A DNA stretch of 30,733 nucleotides from a virus (Duplodnaviria > Caudoviricetes): IMG/VR virus record IMGVR_UViG_3300032076_000035, positions 1-30,733 of that record. The stretch is one strand, 5' to 3'. Below the pieces are notes generated by a model. The model had not been told where the DNA came from, ran no database searches, and saw only the letters and a list, made by a program, of their open reading frames with translations. The first letter of the stretch is position 1. Each line of letters begins with the position of its first letter. This document shows, piece by piece, positions 16,701 through 23,469 of this stretch. Position numbers and translations under genes: made by a program.

Positions 16701-18209
16701 GACGACGTGGTGAACGGGATTTTTCACCCGACCACCCCGACGACAGGGAACACGCCCGCCCAGATGCAGGCGGCGCTGCAAACGATCCCGCACACCAACG
16801 TCACTCCCGTCCTGCAAGCGACAGATATTGGCCAAGCGATCCAGGACCATGTCGACAAGGGTGTGCAGGCCATCAACAACCTGGCCCCCGCCGACGCTGG
16901 TGCTACCGGCAACAGTCTGCAGACCTTCAATGCGGCACTCAAGAACGCATTGGTTAACTTCCTCGGCTACACCACATCAGGCACACCGACACCAGGCTCT
17001 CTCGCGGCGATAGCAAGGTCCAACAACGCAGCCCTGATGAACTCTGCGGTGAGCAAGCCACTGGCTGGTGGCGTCGATCCAAGTTCTGACGGGCCGTTCG
17101 ATCTCGCATTGGTGATGCAGAACTCGACGCTGCCGGTGGTCAACATCACCTCTGCGGCGTCGGCCATATGCTGGACCCCCACGCCAGCCGGTGGCACCAA
17201 GCAATCCATCCGCTGGCTCGGATACATCAGCGGCACGATCACCGGCTTCTACGTCAACGTGTACAAGCTCGACAAGGCTGCTGCGACATCCGCTTTGGTT
17301 TACGCCTCCGCCGACATACACACCAGCCTGGGTGGCGGAGCTACTCCGGTATGGAATTCGCTGAACATCGCCAGCGGCAGCTATATCAACAGCACCCAAG
17401 GTGACATCTACACGGTGGAAATGGTGGTCGTCGGCAGCGGCAGCTACAACGTGGTCGGCGCTATCAACTACCTGCCCGCTCTACCCGGTGCGACCCCGCC
17501 GAAATTCGGTGCCACCCGCTCTGGTGCCACTGGTAGCGCACCGTCATCCCTGCCAGCCATAGGGCAATCAGGTGGCCCGGCTGTCGCCACGCCGAACTAC
17601 ACACCCTGGATCGGTCTGGCCGGTACCGCAGGACAAACCCAGTATCCGCCCGTGCTGGTTCCGATCTCCGCTACAGGCAGCTCCAACTTCGATGCCACAC
17701 AGTACCCGTGGGCCAATTACTTCGACGTTGTCATAGCCGGTGGCGGTGGTGCCGGTAGGTCCGGTAGTACTGGTGCCGGTTATGGCGGTAGCTGCGCCGG
17801 TTGGGCTACTGCGACCTACACGAAGGCTGCGGTCGGCGGGCAATTGTGGACGTTCAACATCGGCACGGGCGGCTTCCCCAACCAGGTCACCGCCGGTAAT
17901 GGTGCTTCGGGTGGCAGCAGTACTTGTACTATTCCTGGCCAGACAACGCTCACGGCGATTGGAGGTCCGGGGGCTACTTCCGAATTTGTAGGTCAAATCG
18001 GTGCATCCGGTCAGAACATGCCAACACTTAATTACAACGACCACTACGGCAACCCGCACTCGTATCCTGGTGGAAACGGCGGGTATAACCCGCAGGACAA
18101 CGGTGGTGCGCCCGGTGGTGGTGGTGCTGGTGGCAATTCATCTTTCCAGGGTCACGTCTACGGTGGCTGGGGCGGCAACGGCTACGGGTGGGTCTATGTC
18201 TATCAGTAG
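13728..18209 (+). CDS. Large minor tail / tail fibre protein (LDASKI repeats, carbohydrate-binding-like module, Gly-rich C-terminal domain)
   Basis: 1493 aa. IPGLDASKITSG repeats typical of mycobacteriophage minor tail proteins. CBM_4_9-like segment (PNLLANPNY...WTQLAGTYTVP..VRLEL..YWDD, about 15925-16380). C-terminal DVVIAGGGGAG...GGNGYGWV glycine-rich domain. Confidence 0.85.
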   Translation: MSLDAAFGFQSQTTKALAAIDSTKYPDTNKDFQANLIRLNQFVDYIASYLQTMQKGIDKNNQDPIAQIQGVASDLVVLLGGGELLYGIDLGDLQYFLPAIGALLGFDTTTPFPINLFNAAEHFLLGYVVPLDSFATVIEGIIDGWAVALGIDQSWIDAINELLDAFGGLYTSASDLLTSVESLFNIIGTDFPFIGNMWHLITTLLGGFSLDELGSILDPAFKAAAPWIETLAEAVEWLNQIIESFAGGVTDVQGILNFSSLFSTINFLPAGGFHPIPALTSWIQGSLKPTNLLAMLSTDLTGGSGLGLTGVVPLENIAVDAIGAIIGGAQLVIDAILSTVGFPTGSGTPTDVTHYFTDLLSMLGNPNLTNAAFSAVTAVTNFINNMLAPTNLLPIMNPVTKLISSLNIPGLDASKITSGQFPQSMVNITSIAASIVTGVLNVAQIPGLDASKITSGQFAQSMVNLTNIPASIVSGVLGAGQIPGLDASKIVSGILGVGQIPNLPASIITSGTFPAAQIPGLDASKIITGQFAQSMVNITNIPASIVSGILGAAQIPGLDASKITTGQFAQSMVNITSIAASIVTGVLGAAQIPGLDASKIITGQFAQSMVTNLVTDLGNRVLTSTYNTLLNQLYGGTTVLGSILAGNVPALDASKITTGILGVPQIPNLPASIITSGSFPASVIPGLDASKITSGVFTVPLIPPLDASQIQSGIFGQWVLPNISVGSIGQTTPNLLANPNYASAVSVVSNPDWVWVSSPDHTGDGSGSVRCIANGNEHDLLSDPPTPVAPSQTLSLSHWLQWSGVTGSGACFQLSVLAYNGASLVSSTPLQTVSGPAASGGWTQLAGTYTVPSSGVTHVRLELQVLVGATTGTTYWDDGSITKTQLLQQNWMTGTGGTLLSQLNTMVTNISAAALQTDVMSLVNNLGLGSFASVSAALSTITSRLQGLPASGILQANFLQVLDATKITTGVLGTAQIPLITAAMAPTHAVMDDVVNGIFHPTTPTTGNTPAQMQAALQTIPHTNVTPVLQATDIGQAIQDHVDKGVQAINNLAPADAGATGNSLQTFNAALKNALVNFLGYTTSGTPTPGSLAAIARSNNAALMNSAVSKPLAGGVDPSSDGPFDLALVMQNSTLPVVNITSAASAICWTPTPAGGTKQSIRWLGYISGTITGFYVNVYKLDKAAATSALVYASADIHTSLGGGATPVWNSLNIASGSYINSTQGDIYTVEMVVVGSGSYNVVGAINYLPALPGATPPKFGATRSGATGSAPSSLPAIGQSGGPAVATPNYTPWIGLAGTAGQTQYPPVLVPISATGSSNFDATQYPWANYFDVVIAGGGGAGRSGSTGAGYGGSCAGWATATYTKAAVGGQLWTFNIGTGGFPNQVTAGNGASGGSSTCTIPGQTTLTAIGGPGATSEFVGQIGASGQNMPTLNYNDHYGNPHSYPGGNGGYNPQDNGGAPGGGGAGGNSSFQGHVYGGWGGNGYGWVYVYQ
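14949..15880 (+). repeat. Coding tandem repeat array (~18-aa unit IPGLDASKI[T/I][S/T]G / IPNLPASII, partly as 37-aa double units)
   Basis: Eight LDASK copies plus one LDASQ in two blocks, and a further LDATK near 16610. DNA copies differ at synonymous sites. Confidence 0.9.
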
Positions 18210-18216
18210 GCAATAG

Positions 18217-19704
18217 ATGGCGTGGGCGGAATCGCCTTCGGCACTTGGCCAAACCCCACTCAAGGGTTGGGCGGTAAGCCCATCCCCACCGGCCAATGTC
18301 GTTCCCGGTTGGAAGATCCCGAATTTCGCGCTGTTCTCCGGTTTAGGAGTACTGAGCGCAACAGTTTTCGCCAAAGCTCAAGTGGCTGCCCAGTATTCGG
18401 GTTCAGGCCAATTGGCTGCCGGTGTCATGCCAAGGTACAACTACGCGGTTGCGCTTTCTAGTGATGGTCAGTTGAGCGCCAGTCTCTCTCCGGTAGTCCC
18501 CGCCAGCTTCAGCGGGTCCGGGGCTTTGAGCGCAATATTGGCAGCCAACGCCATCCAGCTCGCTGCGGCGTTCTCCGGTAATGGAGCCTTGGCCGCGACA
18601 TGGTTCCAGCTGCTCACCGTTCCACCTGCGAACTTCTCCAGCTCGGGTCAGCTGTCGGCTACCTGGCTTCAGCAGTTCCGTTTGGCCGCAACACTATCCG
18701 GCGATGGCTCTTTGTCTGCGACGTGGTTCCAGAAGCTGGCCGTGGCCGCAGGGTTCTCTGGTGACGGAGCCTTGGCTGCGACTCTCAGCCAAATCTACAG
18801 CTTCAGCGCGTCGTTTTCCGGGACTGGGGCACTGTCGGCGACACTGCTGCCACAGATGGCGCTTGCCGCAGCACTGTCCGGGAATGGCACGTTAGCGGCC
18901 ACGATCATGGCACAGATGCTGGTTTCGCCAGCGTTCTCCGGTGACGGGGCACTAGCGGCAACCGTCAGCCAGCAATACAGCCTCAGCCCGGCATTCTCCG
19001 GTTCTGGTTCATTATCGGCCACTATTTTCGTGCCGTTCACCGAGACCAACACCGCCCGCACCAATCAGCCTGTCCCGGCTGGCACTAATGGTTGCTGGGT
19101 CACGCTCATCGGTGGCGGTGCTGGTGGCGGCACCGGAGCTGGTGCGGGTGGTGGCGGTGGTGGTGGTATCGCCAGAACCTTTGTGCCAGTAGCTAATTTA
19201 GGTGCTACCTATTCTGTTGCTGTTGCCGGGCAGGCTGGTGCGAACAGCGGCGGTGGCACATCTCAATTCTCTTCTGGCTCAGTGGTTTTCACAGCCAATG
19301 GTGGTGGCGCGGGAACTCAGGGCGCTGGTGGTGGTGGCGCGGGGACAAGTTCATACAGCGGTCCTGTTACTCCAAGCTTGGGCACGGGCGGTCCTGGTGG
19401 TGGTGTTCCAGGAGGTGCAACCCAACCAGGGACTCCCCCACCAGCAACAAATATCGGTGGTGGTGGAGGAGGGGCCGGAGCACGGCATGGCACATTCTCG
19501 AACACCCCTGGTGGTGCGGCAGGCACAGGAGTCGGCGGTGGTGCCAACGGCGGTGCCGGTGGTAATGGCAACTGGACTGGGGCCGGTGGTTCCGGTATCG
19601 GCGGCGGTAATCCAGGCGGTGGTGGAGGAGGCGGCGGTGATGGGTCACCCAACGGTGCGGGCAATATTGGTAACTTCGGCAGCACAAAAATCGAATGGGT
19701 ATGA
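18217..19704 (+). CDS. Minor tail protein with ~20-aa FSGxGxLSAT repeats and Gly-rich C-terminal domain
   Basis: 495 aa; twelve [F/L/Y]S[G/S]xGxL[S/A]A repeats followed by PFTETN...GCWVTLIGGGAGG...KIEWV, a mycobacteriophage minor-tail architecture. Confidence 0.85.
   Translation: MAWAESPSALGQTPLKGWAVSPSPPANVVPGWKIPNFALFSGLGVLSATVFAKAQVAAQYSGSGQLAAGVMPRYNYAVALSSDGQLSASLSPVVPASFSGSGALSAILAANAIQLAAAFSGNGALAATWFQLLTVPPANFSSSGQLSATWLQQFRLAATLSGDGSLSATWFQKLAVAAGFSGDGALAATLSQIYSFSASFSGTGALSATLLPQMALAAALSGNGTLAATIMAQMLVSPAFSGDGALAATVSQQYSLSPAFSGSGSLSATIFVPFTETNTARTNQPVPAGTNGCWVTLIGGGAGGGTGAGAGGGGGGGIARTFVPVANLGATYSVAVAGQAGANSGGGTSQFSSGSVVFTANGGGAGTQGAGGGGAGTSSYSGPVTPSLGTGGPGGGVPGGATQPGTPPPATNIGGGGGGAGARHGTFSNTPGGAAGTGVGGGANGGAGGNGNWTGAGGSGIGGGNPGGGGGGGGDGSPNGAGNIGNFGSTKIEWV
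18331..19023 (+). repeat. Coding tandem repeats, ~60-bp period (12 copies)
   Basis: Recurring ttctcc/ctgtcc-ggN-gacggN-gcN-ttg/ctg-gcN-gcg-acN units, translating to xFSGxGxLSAT. Confidence 0.85.
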
Positions 19705-19716
19705 GAAAGGTATGTT

Positions 19717-19923
19717 ATGACACAGCCGGTAACAGTACGGTATGAGTTTCATTATGTAACTGTAGCAGATGGTTTACAAGGAGGATTTGGTATAGGCAAT
19801 ATTAGTGATGATATCGCTAAAGGCATCAGGGTTGGCTTGGAAGGAGTGGCATCAATTACCGACGTAATAGCAGCTGAAGTTAAAGAATTCAAAGAGGAAG
19901 TTGTTCTTCCACCATTAGTATAG
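19717..19923 (+). CDS. Small hypothetical protein
   Basis: 68 aa with GAAAGG upstream; fills the gap between tail genes; AT-rich. Confidence 0.6.
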   Translation: MTQPVTVRYEFHYVTVADGLQGGFGIGNISDDIAKGIRVGLEGVASITDVIAAEVKEFKEEVVLPPLV

Positions 19924-19933
19924 GAGATTGAAA

Positions 19934-20278
19934 ATGGCTATTGCAGTAGCAGCATCACGACAGACCGTCGCGAATGCTTACGCAGGGCTCGGAGCATATA
20001 TTGGTGTCTGCACTGGTGATCCGGGTACCACGAACACACCGGCCAACGAAGCTACCGGAGGTGGCTATGTTCGTGTGGCAACCACGTGGACGCCAGGTAG
20101 CACGGGAACCGAAGCCGGTTCGGCGGTCACCGTAAACGTCCCGGCAGGCACATTCACCTATATTTTGCTCGCCTCGGCGTCCAGCGGAAACACCATGGTA
20201 GACAAGACGTCGGTAGCCTCGACGAACATGAGCGCTGCCGGGCAGTTAGTTATTACACCGAACTACACACAAACATGA
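19934..20278 (+). CDS. Minor tail protein (small beta-rich fibre-associated protein)
   Basis: AGGAG SD 7 nt before ATG 19934. MAIAVAASRQ..ANAY...TGDPGTT...EATGGGYVRV.TTW...VTVNVPAGT pattern recalled from mycobacteriophage tail modules. Confidence 0.75.
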   Translation: MAIAVAASRQTVANAYAGLGAYIGVCTGDPGTTNTPANEATGGGYVRVATTWTPGSTGTEAGSAVTVNVPAGTFTYILLASASSGNTMVDKTSVASTNMSAAGQLVITPNYTQT

Positions 20279-20625
20279 CTGAAGTCAACGCCGTTGGTGA
20301 TGGAATCTTAGAAGCCATTGTTTGGCCAGCTTACGCTGGGGCGGTTAAGGACAACGGTGACGAGCCAATGTTTGATTATGATTACGAGCGCGGCCAAATT
20401 CACTGGGACATGGTAGATGGTAAAATTACCGGAAGCACTAAGATCAAGGTGCCTAAAGGTAAGTGGTCTCATATCATTTACTGCCGTAATCAGTTTAAAC
20501 CGGGTTTTGTAGTGGCTGCGAAACTCGAACACCCAATAGTTGTCGACCATCCAGATACTATTGATCTGTTCGGTATTACAGAGCAAGATGTAGTATTCAA
20601 TCCACATCAGAACATATATGATTAG
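20275..20625 (+). CDS. Hypothetical protein (tail-module associated)
   Basis: ATGA overlap; WPAYAGA...EP...YERGQIHW...VPKG.W pattern; distantly resembles the preceding small tail protein. Confidence 0.7.
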   Translation: MTEVNAVGDGILEAIVWPAYAGAVKDNGDEPMFDYDYERGQIHWDMVDGKITGSTKIKVPKGKWSHIIYCRNQFKPGFVVAAKLEHPIVVDHPDTIDLFGITEQDVVFNPHQNIYD

Positions 20626-20633
20626 GAGATAAA

Positions 20634-20915
20634 ATGGCTACACCGCCACAATATGTGGTTGGATCAGTAAAGCAAGACCCGGAAACGCTAGCTGTAGCTG
20701 TACGTACAAATGTGCCTGAGGATCCATACATTGGGCATGCTTGGGCAGTTATGACAGTTGACCGCGGTGGGCACTACGCCGAGTGGGAAGAAATACAAAA
20801 TTGGACAGATCTATCAATACCGACAGGAACAAAAGATGACAGTACAGATGAACGGTCAGCAGTTGGATCTGACGCTGGAGGAGAAAGTGGAGACACTAAC
20901 GTGGCTTCTACATGA
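20634..20915 (+). CDS. Hypothetical protein
   Basis: AGGAG SD; GSVKQDPET.AVAVRT...AW.VMT..RGGHY..W..I..W.DL; the last ~27 codons overlap the next gene. Confidence 0.7.
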   Translation: MATPPQYVVGSVKQDPETLAVAVRTNVPEDPYIGHAWAVMTVDRGGHYAEWEEIQNWTDLSIPTGTKDDSTDERSAVGSDAGGESGDTNVAST

Positions 20916-21060
20916 ACAATCTGATCGAGTGATCAGACTTGCGCAGGTCATAGCTTCATTATTAGTGCAACAGTCACAACCTGCTATTGCTAATCAAGTG
21001 ATGAATCAATTGCTTAATCCTGCCACAACTATCCAAGGGGCACCACCCGTACTCCCGTAG
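20836..21060 (+). CDS. Hypothetical helical/coiled-coil protein
   Basis: AGGA SD before ATG 20836 (MTVQMNGQQLDLTLEEKVE...), preferred over the ORF-track start at 20758. Confidence 0.6.
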   Translation: MTVQMNGQQLDLTLEEKVETLTWLLHEQSDRVIRLAQVIASLLVQQSQPAIANQVMNQLLNPATTIQGAPPVLP

Positions 21061-21082
21061 TCGAATGGAGTATAATAAAGGT

Positions 21083-21823
21083 ATGATATTCCGGTTTGTT
21101 ATTGGCTTAGGTATATTAATGATTACTTATCAAATGCCAAATGCCAACGCCCAACCGATACCAATCCCGGTACCAGTTCCAGCCCCTGGTGGTGGGCCAG
21201 CCATTGCGGTAACACTGCCCGCGCCTGAAGGAAACGTCATTAGCGGAATTGCTGGTGGAGTTGCCGCCGGAGGAATCAGCGTTAATGCTCCATCATTAGC
21301 CCCGGCAACTGCCGGTCTATTCCTTTGCCCCGGTGTCGGTAAAGCGGCTGGTTCAATCGGCGCTGGTGGTGGTTACTGTGACTTTGACTTTGAGCCTGTG
21401 ATACTCACTGCAACCACGATGGGCTTACGACATATTCACTGTGAATGGGGTGGCTTTACACCATTCGTTGATGTTTGGAACTGTTGGCGTGTTTGGCCAG
21501 GTCAGCCAGACCACCCACAGTTGCCAGACCCAGATATCGTTCCAGACGGTTGGGGTGTGCCTTGGGCGATCAATGGTCCGACACCTAACGACCAGTGGCC
21601 TCCACCAGGTTTAGCTCCAGCAGGTCAGGTCGGTCCACCGCCTCAACCTGCACCACAGGTATTTGGTGCACCAGAACCTCTACAACCTGGACCGCCTGGT
21701 CTGCCTAATGCTCCACCAGGCCCGCAGCCAAATGAATCGGTACCAGTTCCATTTGGCGAACCGTTAGCGCCACCACCTGGACCGTTTAATCAACCGCTTC
21801 CACCTGAGGCACCGCCATCATGA
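21083..21823 (+). CDS. Putative exported Pro-rich protein with signal peptide and 4-Cys core
   Basis: MIFRFVIGLGILMITYQMPNANA|QP gives a basic residue, hydrophobic h-region and A-x-A site. Core CPGVG..GGGYCDFDF..HIHCEWGG..WNCWRVWP; long Pro-rich tail. Alternative start 21065. Confidence 0.65.
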   Translation: MIFRFVIGLGILMITYQMPNANAQPIPIPVPVPAPGGGPAIAVTLPAPEGNVISGIAGGVAAGGISVNAPSLAPATAGLFLCPGVGKAAGSIGAGGGYCDFDFEPVILTATTMGLRHIHCEWGGFTPFVDVWNCWRVWPGQPDHPQLPDPDIVPDGWGVPWAINGPTPNDQWPPPGLAPAGQVGPPPQPAPQVFGAPEPLQPGPPGLPNAPPGPQPNESVPVPFGEPLAPPPGPFNQPLPPEAPPS

Positions 21824-23469
21824 CTGACCCGGTATCTGTATTAGCAGATGCGATGCAATGGAGCGTAACATATGAGCGTTATGCAGAGTTATATCCAGCT
21901 TTATCGCAGTCATTACGTGAATCAGAATGTACAACGTATGATCGCATTGCGATGTACTGTGCACAGACCGGCCATGAATCGGCTGGCTTGTACTACATGG
22001 AAGAACAGGATTGGAATGGCGATAACTATGCGTATTTGGAAGGTCGATGTGATGACCTTGGTAACTGCTCTCCTGGTGATGGCGCTAAGTACCACGGGCG
22101 TGGTCCCATTCAAGTAACTGGGAAGTACAATTATACAGAATGTAGTCAATGGGCATTTGACGAAGGGCTAGCTCCGTCACCGACATTTTTTGTTGATATA
22201 CCAGAAGAACTAGCACAAGATGATAACGGTTTCCACGGTGTAACATGGTACTGGACTACGCAACGTCCAATGAATGATGCCGCAGATGCTCATGATATTT
22301 ACTTAGCGACTTACTATATCAATGGAGGGTATAACGGCATAGAAGATCGTGAACAACGATACAATCACTGTATGTCGATGGGCGATTTATTGCTAGTATT
22401 GTTACAACCGAAGGATGAGAGGCCACTCGTGGGTGAGAGAGTTTTATCATACAACCCTGATATCATTCCCCAAGAAACTGGCTATTGGTGCGGGCCAGCA
22501 AGCGCCCAGATGTGCTTAGATATGCGCGGCATTTACGAAAGCGAACAGACACTCGCTAACGAGATGGGCACAGACGATGGCGGGACTGATTACGTAGCAT
22601 TGATCGAGCAGTCATTGGATCCACGATTACCAGAAGCAAATTACTCTAGCCACGACGCTCCGCATGATCCACCGAGCGCACCCGAAAAGGAAGCACTTTG
22701 GGACGCTTTGAAACGCAGCATCGACAACGGGTATGGCGTTGTTATGAACTGGGTTGCGCCACCAGCTAATTATCCAATAGGTATCAAAGGATCACCAAAT
22801 CCTAGTTACGGTGGCGGGACAGTATTTCATTATGTTAGTGCTGCCGGTTATGACGATAACCCGAGCCAGCGTGCCGTCTGGATCGTTGATTCTGGATTTC
22901 AGCCATGGCATTACTGGATTAGTTTTGATCAGTGTTGCACACTTATACCACCGAAAGCATTCTGTTATGCTAATCTGCCACATACAGGAGGAGGAGAACC
23001 AATGAGCGACGAAACTGTCTGGGTTTATGAGCAATTATGCGGACCGATAAACCCGGCTACTGGCTATGGTTCTGGTTGGCCGCAATTAGGTCAGAACGAA
23101 CATGGTCAAAACCTCTACTATGTGGATGCGTTGGGGCGCACGCTAGCAATGCTAGAAGGCGAACCTTTCACAGATATTCAGGCGCAGCCTACGGCAGCGC
23201 CGCGTAATCCGCTTGATTATTCCGCGCTTTCACTAGATCAATTAGCTGGTCCTGTCACTGCTGATGGCGAACGACATGGTTGGCCACAACTAGGAAATCG
23301 TAGCGTAACTGATACGCAGGCTCACATTAACTCGCTTTTGAGCGAAGATAGCGGTGAGCCCCCTTTACAGAAGGCCCACCAGGAACAGAGCAGCCTAGTG
23401 GGAAACCGGCTCTCCTCACGTTTGCGGGAACGTGGGCAGCGCCAGGAACCGGATTCCCCAGCGACGTAG
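21820..23469 (+). CDS. lysA: Lysin A (endolysin): GH19-like glycosidase + C39-like cysteine peptidase + GWPQLG cell-wall-binding region
   Basis: GH19 motifs AQTGHES, LGN..PGDGAKYHGRGPIQVTGKYNY, INGGYNG..DR. C39-like PQETGYWCGPAS...HYV..AGYD...IVDSGF. Two GWPQLG repeats. Confidence 0.93.
   Translation: MTDPVSVLADAMQWSVTYERYAELYPALSQSLRESECTTYDRIAMYCAQTGHESAGLYYMEEQDWNGDNYAYLEGRCDDLGNCSPGDGAKYHGRGPIQVTGKYNYTECSQWAFDEGLAPSPTFFVDIPEELAQDDNGFHGVTWYWTTQRPMNDAADAHDIYLATYYINGGYNGIEDREQRYNHCMSMGDLLLVLLQPKDERPLVGERVLSYNPDIIPQETGYWCGPASAQMCLDMRGIYESEQTLANEMGTDDGGTDYVALIEQSLDPRLPEANYSSHDAPHDPPSAPEKEALWDALKRSIDNGYGVVMNWVAPPANYPIGIKGSPNPSYGGGTVFHYVSAAGYDDNPSQRAVWIVDSGFQPWHYWISFDQCCTLIPPKAFCYANLPHTGGGEPMSDETVWVYEQLCGPINPATGYGSGWPQLGQNEHGQNLYYVDALGRTLAMLEGEPFTDIQAQPTAAPRNPLDYSALSLDQLAGPVTADGERHGWPQLGNRSVTDTQAHINSLLSEDSGEPPLQKAHQEQSSLVGNRLSSRLRERGQRQEPDSPAT
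23361..23413 (+). promoter_or_regulatory. Candidate programmed -1 ribosomal frameshift signal (C_CCU_UUA + 7-nt spacer + H-type pseudoknot)
   Basis: Heptamer 23361-23367 is phased X_XXY_YYZ in the lysin A frame. Stem 1 CCCACCAGG (23375-83)/CCTAGTGGG (23394-402), 8 of 9 pairs. Stem 2 AGAGC (23387-91)/GCTCT (23409-13). Confidence 0.7.

Noticed and set aside
16388-19720. Many overlapping alternative-frame ORFs in the GC-rich block (e.g. 17568-18059 -, 19202-19720 +, 19317-19685 -)
   Set aside because: Expected stop-codon scarcity in GC- and Gly-rich sequence; the main frames already encode coherent tail proteins.
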